Below are positions 1-8,799 of a stretch of DNA of 64,000 nt, piece after piece. This DNA is from an uncultured Dehalococcoidales bacterium (GTDB lineage Bacteria; Chloroflexota; Dehalococcoidia; GIF9; UBA5629), in NCBI GenBank assembly GCA_964605885.1, contig CAZSED010000011.1, positions 1,073-65,072 of the forward strand, given 5' to 3'. The notes below the pieces were generated by a model. The model made no database searches. It was not told the origin of the DNA and worked only from the letters and a program-made list of their open reading frames with translations. Both the position numbers and the translations under genes were made by a program. Each line of letters begins with the position of its first letter. Positions within the stretch are counted from its first letter, which is position 1.

Positions 1-264
1 CAGGAACATCAGCCCGCCGGCGGCGATGAGTGAAAGCTTGACGGCCACGGCCTTGCCCTTCATGAGCAGTATGCCGGCCACGATGAGCAGTATGCACAGC
101 AGCGTATCCGGCAGCGGGAAGGAGTGCTCGTAGGCAAAGTAGCAGGCGGGAGGCTTCTCAGGCGCCATGCCCACCGTGAAAAAGGCCAGCCAGAAGAGTA
201 TGATTCCCGCCCCCGTCACTATCTGCAAGGAAGCTATCAACCTGTTGCGGTCCTCTTTAACCAT
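1..264 (-). CDS. Hypothetical small membrane protein, partial; the C-terminus runs off the window edge.
   Basis: Reverse-strand ATG at 264..262 preceded by GGAG (forward 271-280 is the complement). The frame stays open to position 1. The translation MVKEDRNRLIASLQIVTGAGIILFWLAFFTVGMAPEKPPACYFAYEHSFPLPDTLLCILLIVAGILLMKGKAVAVKLSLIAAGGLMFL is hydrophobic and TM-like. It is absent from the ORF track because it is truncated by the window. Confidence 0.45.
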   Translation of the reverse strand, partial: MVKEDRNRLIASLQIVTGAGIILFWLAFFTVGMAPEKPPACYFAYEHSFPLPDTLLCILLIVAGILLMKGKAVAVKLSLIAAGGLMFL

Positions 265-351
265 TTTCAATCTCCTTTTCCCGCCCGGGATTATTTTGCC
301 TGCACGCCCGCAGCCATTTTCCCTTTAGCCGGTTAGCAAACCCGGCCACGC

Positions 352-2352
352 TTAAAACGGCGTAGTCACCTTCACGTCATCGCTTTCAACCGTTTGCACG
401 CCCCAGACATCGGAGCATATTATCACCAGCTTGTAATCGCCGGCCGGCACAGATGACGCCTGCACGGGGAACCGGCCGCCGGCAGGCAGCTTCTCATCAC
501 TTTTGGATAAAATCAGCTCCTCCGCCCCTGTCTGCGAATTAACCCCCATCAGCGCCGGGAAAAAAGTGGCATCGGGAAAATCTTCAACAAAGTCCTTCAG
601 TGGAGCCGCCTCCCAGCTCCCGCCGGGCTTCTGATAGGCAATTTCATCGGCATAGTCATTATCGCCGCTGAATATCAGGACAGCGTCCGTCCAGAACTCG
701 CCGTCGCTGGCTTTGACCCGCCCGTAGGCGCCCATAAGGCTGGGCATGTAGTTGGGATTGTTGATGTCATTCTCAGTGACCATCCAGGGTACGACGGCGA
801 CGCGCTGCTTCATCGTGCCGATGGTCCAGCTTTTGCCAGTCCAGCTCAGCTTATAGGGCTGTTCCGGCTGGATAACGCCGCTGATGATGGTCCCGTAATA
901 TGCCGGCCGCGAAGTAACAGGGTCGGTGCCGATCAGTTCCAGGGATACCATACAGGCAGAGGAGGTTGACGTGGAGAAATCTACGGATACAGCGCCCGCG
1001 CTGGGCCGCCCTTTGTTCTCAAGCTTGTGCGTCACCTGCGGGCCTTCAGCAGGAACATCGGCCGCAAACTCCGCCAGCAGCTCCTTCCAGCCGGTCCGCC
1101 CGGCCCAGGGGCCGGCCTTGGCCGCATAGTTGTTGAGCAGGTCCTCATCGATGGTATTCATCTGGGGCAGGCCGATGCTCAACCCGTACTGGTGGGCGCG
1201 CAGCTCGCCCAGATTGCTTCCTATGATCATGGCACGCAGGGCTTTCCGGGCTGCGCCGGCCCTGGCCGCAATATCACCCAGCTCAGCCTGCTTCTCAATG
1301 TCCTCCAGGAGCTCACCAAAGTCCCTGTATTTCTGTACGCCGGCCTTGCGATATATACCCATGGAATAGCCGGGGATGGTAACGCTGGCTATGCGCGCCA
1401 GCTTCTCCTCATAAAAGGCCGTGTTGCCGGCCTGATTCTCCGCCTTCCTGATCTCGTCAACCAGGCCTTCGACGGCGGCGGCGAAGTCATCAATATACTG
1501 CGTGTCTATGGCTATGTGAGAACGCAGGTACAAATCACTGCTGGAAGCCGCCTTATGAAGATTGTCCCAGGCGGCCACCTCCATCTGAGCAAACTCAACG
1601 GCGGTCATGCCCGGATTCCGAGAGAGTGCGGTGAACACGTCCGTATAATTCCAGCCGGAGCCGTAATCTATCTCCGCATTGGCGATATACACCTTGCAAA
1701 GGTCGCGCAGGGCGTAGGCCACCTCTGCGCTGCCCATGAGGCAGGTGTCAAAAGCAATGAACTCCAGCGGCCTGTCTCCCGTAATGCCCGCCTGCTTCAA
1801 ACCCGAGCTTATGGCACCGGATATCTCGGGGACGGACATGCCCCGGGAAGATTCCAGGTCACCATCCTGCTCATCTCCTCCGTAACCTCCATCCCACGAG
1901 CCGCCGTGGTCCCACAGGATCAATCCATAGCGTTCGGCGGGATACATCTGGTAGGCCCGTGCTATGGACCCGGCCAGCGTACCGGGCTCGTCCAGGTTTT
2001 GCTCCTTATCCTTTGAAATCAGCTCTTTCGACCCGTTTCCCTCGACCAGGTACCATTCAGCGCCCCTGGAAAATTTTTGCCCCGTCTTTCCTATTTCGTA
2101 AGCAGCGTCCCAGTCTGCCATCACAACGATTTTTATATCCGGAGAGAGTGTGGCCCGGGTCATTTTGTCCAGGTCATCTAAAAAGCTGTTGGTCAGGTTG
2201 TTGTCACCCAGCCCATAAACAAATATGGTCCATGATGCCTTCTGGCCGGCTGCCGGATTTTCAACTCCCGCATCAGTATTTTTCTGGCCGCAACCAATCA
2301 AACAGCAGATCAAGCTGAATGAGACAAGAATCAAGAGCAGTTTTCTCTTCAT
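352..2352 (-). CDS. Secreted lipoprotein peptidase of the clostripain (C11) family.
   Basis: Lipoprotein signal MKRKLLLILVSFSLICCLIGCGQ. The C11 catalytic dyad context is present as LILWDHGGSWDGG (His) and FIAFDTCLMGSAE (Cys in a DxCLM-type motif), and there is an N-terminal IFVYGLGDNNL motif. AGGAGG lies 5 nt before the ATG at 2352. The M at 2367 lacks an RBS. Confidence 0.6.
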   Translation of the reverse strand: MKRKLLLILVSFSLICCLIGCGQKNTDAGVENPAAGQKASWTIFVYGLGDNNLTNSFLDDLDKMTRATLSPDIKIVVMADWDAAYEIGKTGQKFSRGAEWYLVEGNGSKELISKDKEQNLDEPGTLAGSIARAYQMYPAERYGLILWDHGGSWDGGYGGDEQDGDLESSRGMSVPEISGAISSGLKQAGITGDRPLEFIAFDTCLMGSAEVAYALRDLCKVYIANAEIDYGSGWNYTDVFTALSRNPGMTAVEFAQMEVAAWDNLHKAASSSDLYLRSHIAIDTQYIDDFAAAVEGLVDEIRKAENQAGNTAFYEEKLARIASVTIPGYSMGIYRKAGVQKYRDFGELLEDIEKQAELGDIAARAGAARKALRAMIIGSNLGELRAHQYGLSIGLPQMNTIDEDLLNNYAAKAGPWAGRTGWKELLAEFAADVPAEGPQVTHKLENKGRPSAGAVSVDFSTSTSSACMVSLELIGTDPVTSRPAYYGTIISGVIQPEQPYKLSWTGKSWTIGTMKQRVAVVPWMVTENDINNPNYMPSLMGAYGRVKASDGEFWTDAVLIFSGDNDYADEIAYQKPGGSWEAAPLKDFVEDFPDATFFPALMGVNSQTGAEELILSKSDEKLPAGGRFPVQASSVPAGDYKLVIICSDVWGVQTVESDDVKVTTPF

Positions 2353-2409
2353 TTTAACCTCCTGCATTTTGCCTGTTAGACTCTCCGTCCACCGACATTG
2401 CTCCCTGCG

Positions 2410-3234
2410 CTAACCGGACTTTTTTTGTTTCTGCACGCCGCGTATCTGGAAGTCCATCACCAGCTCGGCCAGCCAGGGGGCCAGCCGCTTGCCTATCCAG
2501 GTGAACCTGGCATTGGCGCTGGGCACGATGTAGGGCCTGCCCTTGAGCATGCCCGTGACCAGCGCGGCCGCCACCTGCTCAGGCTTCATGATGCTGGCAA
2601 CGTCGGAGACCGCTACCGTCTCGGGCGGCTTGGTCCTGTTCTCCTCAGCATAGCCCGGCGTGTCCGTGTCCGGCGGGCAGAGTATCGATACCGTGATGCC
2701 CTGCGGCTTGAGCTCGCTGCGCAGCGTCTCGCTCAGCCCGATGACGCCGAACTTGGCGGCAGCATAGTCGGAATAGCCGAAGACGCCGATGAAGCCGACC
2801 ACGGACGACGTGTTGACGATGCTGCTGCCCCGCTTCATCCTGGGCGCCAGCAAGGCACAGGTGTTCCAGGTGCCGTAAAGGTCGATTTTTATAGTCTCCT
2901 CGAACTGGCTGTAGCTGATATCGCGGAAATAGCCCGGCCGGGCGCGCCCGGCGCAGTTGATCAGCATGTCCGGCAGGCCGAACTCCTCCACCGCCTTCTG
3001 CAGCACCCTGCCCACGTCCTCGTGCCTGGAAACGTCCAGCACGGCGTAGTAGAACTTCTGCCCAGGATTGCCGGCGCAGGAGCTTATCTCCTTGAGCGCC
3101 GACTCCAGAACCGGCTGCCTGCGGGCGAAGATGGCCACGTTTACGCCCTTCGAAGCCAGCAGTTTTGCGGTAGCCAGCCCGATGCCCGAGGAGCCGCCCG
3201 TGATATATGCCGTCTTGCCTTTTAAGTCCTTCAT
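2410..3234 (-). CDS. Short-chain dehydrogenase/reductase (SDR) family oxidoreductase.
   Basis: TGGSSGIGLATAKLLA matches the TGxxxGxG NAD(P)-binding motif. The catalytic YxxxK is present as YSDYAAAKFGV. I chose the start at M18 (MKDLKGKTAYITGG) because GAGGGGTGA sits upstream and it removes the overlap with the upstream epimerase gene. Confidence 0.8.
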   Translation of the reverse strand: MKDLKGKTAYITGGSSGIGLATAKLLASKGVNVAIFARRQPVLESALKEISSCAGNPGQKFYYAVLDVSRHEDVGRVLQKAVEEFGLPDMLINCAGRARPGYFRDISYSQFEETIKIDLYGTWNTCALLAPRMKRGSSIVNTSSVVGFIGVFGYSDYAAAKFGVIGLSETLRSELKPQGITVSILCPPDTDTPGYAEENRTKPPETVAVSDVASIMKPEQVAAALVTGMLKGRPYIVPSANARFTWIGKRLAPWLAELVMDFQIRGVQKQKKSG

Positions 3235-3242
3235 ATCACCCC

Positions 3243-4250
3243 TCACTTCTGCTTGAGCCCGGCCACGTCCAGCGTCTTGAGCCACTCCATGGTGCGCCTG
3301 AAGCCCTCCCTGTAGCTGACCTTGGGCTCCCAGCCCAGCTCGCGCCGGGCCTTGTCTATGCTGAACCTGAAGCGCGAGCCCAGGTTGGTCACCGTGTAGG
3401 TGGTCAGCAGCGGACGCTGCTTGACGCGTCCCACCATCCAGATGAACTCCATCAGCCGGGCGGCGGCCATGGCCGTCCAGTATGGTATGTACGTGCGTAT
3501 GGGAGGCACGTTCAGAGCCGCGGCGATGCCGTCGCAGAACTCCTCCAGCGTGGTGTGCTCGCCGTCGTGCACCAGGTAGCCGTTGCCCACGGCGCGCTCG
3601 TCCTCGGAGATGAGCATCAGCAGGTCAACCAGGTTGTCTATGTAGGTGGGCCAGACGATGGCACCCTTGCGCCAGAAGATGAGCTCTTTCTTGACTATGG
3701 CGTCGGCCAGCAGCGGCACGAAGGTCTGGTCGCCGCTGCCGAAGACCCACAGCGGATAGACCATGGTCACAGGCAGCCCCTTGTCCTTATGGTAGCCCCA
3801 CATGATCCTCTCCGAGTCTATCTTGGAGTCGGGATAGGGCTCGCCCCAGTATTTGAGCGGCAGCGTCTCGTCCATGACGATGGACTCGTCCGTGCCGAAG
3901 ACGTCGCAGGTGCTCATGTCCACCAGCCGTTTTACCTTCACGTCCGTGGCGGCTCTGGCCACATTTCCGGCGCCGCCCACTGTGACCTCACGGAAGAGCC
4001 TTTTAGGCGCCCAGTCGGTCACCACCGCAGCGCAGTGGAAGATGATCTCCCTTCCGTCGGCTGCCCCGCGCACCTGTTCGTAGCTCGTGATATCGCCGTT
4101 AACCACCTCCACGCCGCTGTCCTTGAGCAGCTTCTCGCCCGGGTCGCCTGGAAGTACGAAGGCACGGACCGAATTGCCCTTTGTCAGGTTGGCCCTGACC
4201 ACGTGCCCGCCGATGAAGCCGGTAGCGCCTGTAACCAGCACCTTGTTCAC
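3243..4250 (-). CDS. NAD-dependent epimerase/dehydratase family protein (extended SDR).
   Basis: N-terminal VLVTGATGFIGGHVV matches the GxxGxxG Rossmann motif. Length is about 335 aa. GTG start with AAGGAGG 6 nt upstream. Confidence 0.8.
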   Translation of the reverse strand: MNKVLVTGATGFIGGHVVRANLTKGNSVRAFVLPGDPGEKLLKDSGVEVVNGDITSYEQVRGAADGREIIFHCAAVVTDWAPKRLFREVTVGGAGNVARAATDVKVKRLVDMSTCDVFGTDESIVMDETLPLKYWGEPYPDSKIDSERIMWGYHKDKGLPVTMVYPLWVFGSGDQTFVPLLADAIVKKELIFWRKGAIVWPTYIDNLVDLLMLISEDERAVGNGYLVHDGEHTTLEEFCDGIAAALNVPPIRTYIPYWTAMAAARLMEFIWMVGRVKQRPLLTTYTVTNLGSRFRFSIDKARRELGWEPKVSYREGFRRTMEWLKTLDVAGLKQK

Positions 4251-4370
4251 AACGCGCCTCCTTGCTGAAATGAGCGACCTATCATAGCTAAAGCGCCTGC
4301 CAAAAGCAAGGGTCGCAAACGCTCGCGGCCCGGATTATGAAGCCACACAGCCCGGCTATATACTTATTCT

Positions 4371-4928
4371 GTGAAGGATGAAGCGGCCAGGATACGCAAC
4401 GCACGCCCGGAGGAGCTGGACGAGGTGGCGCAGTTGCTCAAGTCCGCCTTCCAGCAGTACTCGGCGTCCATACCTCCCCAGGCCTGGCAGTTCTACCTTG
4501 AGGACATCATGGACGTGTGCAGCCGCTTCTCGGAGTCTGAGCTGATCGTGGCCGAGCTGGACGGCCGGCTGGTGGGGGCCATCACGCTCTACCTTGACCC
4601 GGCCCGGGCGGAGGAAGGCGGATGGCCGCGCGGCTGGGCGGGCCTGCGGTTGCTGGGGGTAGACCCGGACTACCGCAACCGGGGCATCGGCCATGCGCTG
4701 ATGGAGGAATGCCTCAGTCGCTGCCGGCGGAAAGGCATAAAAACCGTCGGGCTGCACACCACCGCCATGATGGACGCGGCGCGCAAGATGTACGAGAAGA
4801 TGGGCTTCAAGCGTGCCCCGCGGCACGACTTCCACCCCAGGCCGGGCGTGACCGTGATGGCCTACAGGTTGGATATGGGCAAAAGCCAGGCAGACGGGTC
4901 ACGCCCAGTTAGAGAACGGACGCCTTAA
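4371..4928 (+). CDS. GNAT family N-acetyltransferase.
   Basis: Acetyl-CoA-binding motif A is present as RNRGIGHALMEECLSRCRRKG. Size is about 185 aa. Confidence 0.8.
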   Translation: MKDEAARIRNARPEELDEVAQLLKSAFQQYSASIPPQAWQFYLEDIMDVCSRFSESELIVAELDGRLVGAITLYLDPARAEEGGWPRGWAGLRLLGVDPDYRNRGIGHALMEECLSRCRRKGIKTVGLHTTAMMDAARKMYEKMGFKRAPRHDFHPRPGVTVMAYRLDMGKSQADGSRPVRERTP

Positions 4929-4931
4929 AGT

Positions 4932-5483
4932 TCAGTAAGTGCCGTACGGTGCAGGCGGAGAGCCTGTCATCGGCTTCTGAGCACCGGCGCCCAGTGGTGC
5001 AGGCTGCGCCTCGGGGCCGGCAACGAACCAAACGTTATTGACACCCTGCCCTAGGGTATCTCCCGGTCCAAGGTCCTTGACGAAGTAGTAAAGCGGCCAG
5101 CCCTTGTAAGTCGTCTGCTGAGTGCCGTCATCCCTGGTGATGGTGCCGAAATCGCTGGCGTGCAGCGAAGCAGGAACCGTTATAACGCCGGCATTGAATA
5201 TCGGCCAGTTCTGCACGATGGCCGGGGTGGCGTTGCTCTTGTCATTGGTATCCTTGGTGAAATAGTAGAGCGTCCTGCCTGACGAGTCGGTTAAATAGTC
5301 ACCCAGGCCGGCCTTGTTCTGCAGCTCTATGGTGTACTGCGGCACAGCGGCCTGCGGCGCTGCCGCAGGGGCCGGCGCCGGCGTTGTATAAGCCGGTGCA
5401 GCGCATGCGGCCAGTATGGCCAGCAGTGAAATAATACCGGTAACGAGAATTGGTAACCTCATTGAGCCGTATCTGTATTCCAT
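4932..5483 (-). CDS. Secreted lipoprotein of the COG4315 / Lipoprotein_15 repeat family.
   Basis: Signal and lipobox LLAILAACAAP. Repeats GRTLYYFTKD and GWPLYYFVKDLGPGDTLGQG resemble the Y-Y-F-x-D secreted repeat family. AAGGAGG RBS sits before the ATG at 5483. Confidence 0.6.
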   Translation of the reverse strand: MEYRYGSMRLPILVTGIISLLAILAACAAPAYTTPAPAPAAAPQAAVPQYTIELQNKAGLGDYLTDSSGRTLYYFTKDTNDKSNATPAIVQNWPIFNAGVITVPASLHASDFGTITRDDGTQQTTYKGWPLYYFVKDLGPGDTLGQGVNNVWFVAGPEAQPAPLGAGAQKPMTGSPPAPYGTY

Positions 5484-5598
5484 GTCATACCTCCTTTATG
5501 CCTGAATATTAAGTCGGGAGACATGGAATAGTCATAAAATCCGGCTGAAAATGTTGGAAGAGTTATAAACTATGCGTTAGGCAGGGCCGTTCGTTGCG

Positions 5599-6660
5599 TT
5601 ATGCGAACTGGAAGCGGTTTTCTTCGAAAAGCTTCAGGCAGGCGTCGGCGGCGTCCACATCGTAAAACACGCCCCTGTTGCGGCGTATCTCGGCCAGCGC
5701 CTCATTTATTCCAAGGTTGGCGCGGTAGGGGCGGAAAGAGAACATGGCCTCGACCGTGTCGGCCACGCGTAAAATCCTGGCCTTAAGCAGTATGTCCTCA
5801 CCTTTAAGCCCGCGCGGGTATCCCGTGCCGTCGATATTTTCATGATGCTGGAGCACTATCTGCGCGATCGGCCTGGGAAAATCTATGTTCTTCAGTATGT
5901 CGTAGCCTGTCTGGGGATGCGCCTTTACTATCCCCATCTCCATGGAAGTCAACTTACCTGGTTTGCTGAGTATCTCGGCCGGCACACATATCTTGCCGAT
6001 ATCGTGAAGCACGCCCGCCATCTGCAGGCCCTCGATCTCCTCAGCCGGGCGACCCATCTGCCGGGCTATGGCGCAGGCCAGCTGGGCCACGCGCCGCTGG
6101 TGCCCGGCCGTATAGGGATCACGCATCTCGGTCATGGTAATGATGGCTTCTATGACCCCCGCCAGCGTCTTCCTGACTTCCAGCGTGCGCTGCTGGACCT
6201 TCTCCTCCAGGTAATCGCTGTATTTCTTGAGGTCCTTATCAGCCCTGGTCAGGTCCTCGAAGGACAGTATCTGTTCCCTGGCCTTCTGAATCAGGTCACG
6301 GTCGGCCAGCGCGGTGTGACCGAGCAGCCTGACCAGAAGTATTTCTCTTCCGTCAAGGCTAAGCGCCCCCGCCTCCAGCTCGGTGGTCTTCCCGGTAAGT
6401 TTCTCCTCCCATGGCCCGGACCACAGTATCCAGCCGGCCGGCCCGGTTTTCCAGTGCTCCCTGGCATCCGTAACAAAGCTGCCCAGAAAGGAGAGCTCAT
6501 CATCAGCAGTCAGCTTCAACCTGTTCTTTTTAATGCTGGAAAACAGTTTCAGGAACCAGTCTGGCGGAACGCCCTGGATCTCAAAAGAGCCGTCCTCACA
6601 GCGATAGGTGAGGACGGTGTCCAGTAAAATAAGCAGATCGGTCAGAAGAGATTCATCCAT
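5599..6660 (-). CDS. HD-GYP domain phosphodiesterase with an uncharacterised N-terminal domain (probable c-di-GMP phosphodiesterase).
   Basis: The HD motif is VLHDIGKICVP and the GYP motif is HHENIDGTGYPRGL. I chose the start at M19 (MDESLL), which leaves a 22 nt gap after the GTPase gene. The M1 start at 6714 would overlap the GTPase gene by 32 nt. Confidence 0.8.
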   Translation of the reverse strand: MDESLLTDLLILLDTVLTYRCEDGSFEIQGVPPDWFLKLFSSIKKNRLKLTADDELSFLGSFVTDAREHWKTGPAGWILWSGPWEEKLTGKTTELEAGALSLDGREILLVRLLGHTALADRDLIQKAREQILSFEDLTRADKDLKKYSDYLEEKVQQRTLEVRKTLAGVIEAIITMTEMRDPYTAGHQRRVAQLACAIARQMGRPAEEIEGLQMAGVLHDIGKICVPAEILSKPGKLTSMEMGIVKAHPQTGYDILKNIDFPRPIAQIVLQHHENIDGTGYPRGLKGEDILLKARILRVADTVEAMFSFRPYRANLGINEALAEIRRNRGVFYDVDAADACLKLFEENRFQFA

Positions 6661-6682
6661 CACTGACCCCGCCGGTTGGCGG

Positions 6683-7186
6683 CTATTCGACCAGCTTCCT
6701 GGCCAGCAGCTCAAAGGCGTCGTTCACGCTCTGGCCGGTTTTGGCGCTGGTTTTCATGGTCTCAAACCCGTCCCGCTGCAGCTTTTCAATGGCCGCATCG
6801 TCAATATCCCACTTGCCCTCGAGGTCCCACTTGTTAAAAAGCAGCAGGCAGGGCACCTTGCCCAGTATCTCCTGCGCCATCTTATGCATGTCCATGCCCA
6901 CTTCCAGCGTATTGAGGCGCGTCTTGTCCACAACCAGCAGGTAGCCGGATGCGCCCCTCAAATAGGTCGTGCGCATCTCGCTGATGCCGTTCTTGCCGGC
7001 CAGGTCCCATAACACAAGCTCCACAGCCTTGCTGCCTAGCTGGACGGTCTTTTTATCCACCTTGACCCCGATGGTGGTCTGGTATTTCTCGGAGAACATG
7101 TTCTCCACGTAGCGCCGTATGAGGCTGGTCTTGCCCACGGCAAAGGCCCCCAGCATGCAGACTTTTTTCTTAACGATCTCTGCCAT
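6683..7186 (-). CDS. Ras-like small GTPase (Rab/MglA-like).
   Basis: G1 is GAFAVGKTS, G3 is WDLAG (DxxG), G4 is NKWD and G5 is SAK. I chose the start at MAEIVKKK (ATG 7186..7184). The longer ORF start at 7267 lies inside the upstream gene. Confidence 0.75.
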   Translation of the reverse strand: MAEIVKKKVCMLGAFAVGKTSLIRRYVENMFSEKYQTTIGVKVDKKTVQLGSKAVELVLWDLAGKNGISEMRTTYLRGASGYLLVVDKTRLNTLEVGMDMHKMAQEILGKVPCLLLFNKWDLEGKWDIDDAAIEKLQRDGFETMKTSAKTGQSVNDAFELLARKLVE

Positions 7187-7188
7187 TA

Positions 7189-8211
7189 TTACTTTCCGGC
7201 CACCTGAAAAATAACACTGCCGAGAATTAACAGCAGGCTGATGATGCCTGCGCCTATTATAAGCCATATAAGGTCATGTGCGCTTCTTTTTCTGGCAGGT
7301 TTGGCAGTGGACGCCGGTATTGTCGTTTTGCCGGCCTCGCCGATGCCCCGCTTGGCCTGCATCAGGCATGACTCCAGATGATGCCTGCTCAATGCAAAGG
7401 GTGCCACGTCCCCCTTAAAGTCCTGAAGGCAGTAGCGCTGCTCGAACTCGATCTTTTCCAGCTCCTCCTCCATGTGTGCACGCAGGCTTTCGGGCGGGTT
7501 GCCCCGTATGACTGCCGCCAGGGCTACCTGCGGCCCCTGCTCGACCCATATGGTGTAATCGCCCACGTTCAGGCTCTGCAGCACCTGGTTCTCCGATACG
7601 CCGAAGGAATCGTGGACGAAGTCCTGAATGGCAGTCAGCATGCCGGAGACCATGTCCACGTCCTTGATCCCTTCCTCTGTAGCCGCCACGTGTTGTAGCA
7701 GCAGGCCGGTCTCCCTGTGCACCAGGAACACCTGCTCGACGCTGTAGATCAGCGTGTGCAGCAACACGATCTCGGCAAAAGGTCTGCCGGTCTGGATCGA
7801 CTCGATCCTCCACTTCAGCCCCTGCCATGAAAAGGCATATGACATGGTCTCATTGATCGATTGGACCATGGAGCGGATGGACTCCGAGATGGCCTTCCTG
7901 ATGGCCGGCCCGATTACGGGGAAGATGGCGTCTGCCAGGAACTTGGGGTCTTTCTTTACGGAGTCCTTAATGGTCAGCTCGATGGTCGGCAGCAGCGCCT
8001 GTGCCAGCTTCTTATCTTTGGACGCCCGGATGACGATGGCTTCGGCCAGGACGCGGCTGAGCTCCTCGGCACGGATATCGGGATCGTTCAACCGCTCCTT
8101 CAGCACGGCGATTTCCTGCTGCTCCGGGCTAACCAGCAGCGTACGCAGATTGACCAGCTCATCGTCCAGAGCGCCGTGCATGCCCTGTTTTTTTTCACTG
8201 GCTTCCGTCAT
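7189..8211 (-). CDS. Membrane-anchored protein with a Roadblock/LC7-like (MglB-like) domain and an N-terminal coiled coil.
   Basis: The segment VHRETGLLLQHVAATEEGIKDVDMVSGMLTAIQDFVHDSFG...VGDYTIWVEQGPQVALAAVIRG has a roadblock-like alternation. A C-terminal TM helix is present (LIWLIIGAGIISLLLILGSVIF). Its stop lies 2 nt before the GTPase start. Confidence 0.5.
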   Translation of the reverse strand: MTEASEKKQGMHGALDDELVNLRTLLVSPEQQEIAVLKERLNDPDIRAEELSRVLAEAIVIRASKDKKLAQALLPTIELTIKDSVKKDPKFLADAIFPVIGPAIRKAISESIRSMVQSINETMSYAFSWQGLKWRIESIQTGRPFAEIVLLHTLIYSVEQVFLVHRETGLLLQHVAATEEGIKDVDMVSGMLTAIQDFVHDSFGVSENQVLQSLNVGDYTIWVEQGPQVALAAVIRGNPPESLRAHMEEELEKIEFEQRYCLQDFKGDVAPFALSRHHLESCLMQAKRGIGEAGKTTIPASTAKPARKRSAHDLIWLIIGAGIISLLLILGSVIFQVAGK

Positions 8212-8221
8212 GTTTGTACCC

Positions 8222-8695
8222 TCACCACGATGAAGTGTGGTGGTGGCTGATCTTCATCATTTCCTCAAAAAGCTTGGAGACGGCGTTCTTGTCGGCCTTG
8301 GCACGCCTTATCTCCTCCGCGTCGCTGTTGAATTTTTTAAGCAGCTCTTCGAGTTTTTTAGCCGTCTCCTGGCTGAGATCGGATATGTTCTGGGTCAGCA
8401 GGTCCTCCAGGCGGGCTAGCCTCCTGTCATACTCATCCCTTATAGCGCCCATCTTCTCAGTCATCTCGTTGCTCAGGGCGGTCATGTTCTTGACCAGTAG
8501 CTCCTCCAGGCGGTTGAACCTCCTGTCATACTCCTCCCTCTGGGCGCCGAAAAGAATCTCCCTTACCTGGTCCACACCGCCAGGGCTGGCCGAAGCGGCT
8601 ATACTCTCATCATGTGCTACCGTGCCGCCCCGCCCGGCCCCAGCTTTCTCTCCCCCCTTGCTGCGGGTCGTTTTCGTCTCATCAGTGGCCCCCAT
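8222..8695 (-). CDS. Coiled-coil protein with two 33-residue tandem repeats.
   Basis: EEYDRRFNRLEELLVKNMTALSNEMTEKM and DEYDRRLARLEDLLTQNISDLSQETAKKL are direct repeats that mirror the 98-99 nt DNA repeat. The N-terminus is low-complexity Gly/Ala-rich. It is the first gene of a tightly packed four-gene minus-strand operon. Confidence 0.5.
   Translation of the reverse strand: MGATDETKTTRSKGGEKAGAGRGGTVAHDESIAASASPGGVDQVREILFGAQREEYDRRFNRLEELLVKNMTALSNEMTEKMGAIRDEYDRRLARLEDLLTQNISDLSQETAKKLEELLKKFNSDAEEIRRAKADKNAVSKLFEEMMKISHHHTSSW
8403..8600. repeat. Tandem direct DNA repeat of about 98 nt (2 copies) inside the coiled-coil gene.
   Basis: tcctccaggcgggctagcctcctgtcatactcatccct at 8403 recurs as ctcctccaggcggttgaacctcctgtcatactcctccct at 8501. 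Confidence 0.7.
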
Positions 8696-8799
8696 AACAT
8701 GACCTCCTCTGTTATCGATACCCGGACCTGGCCCGAAAACGGAAATTTCTGATATGCGAACGTATCTGTTTAATTTACTATATTAAGTCCAGTCTACGC

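Noticed and set aside
1027-2016. 329 aa plus-strand ORF.
   Set aside because: It is antisense to the well-supported C11 peptidase gene. It has no RBS and no recognisable motifs, and its composition is the low-complexity Arg/Gly/Ala-rich type typical of antisense frames in high-GC DNA.
3207-4268. 353 aa plus-strand ORF (also 2398-3225 plus, 275 aa).
   Set aside because: Both are antisense to the SDR and epimerase genes, which have clear Rossmann motifs and RBSs. They are judged high-GC antisense artefacts.
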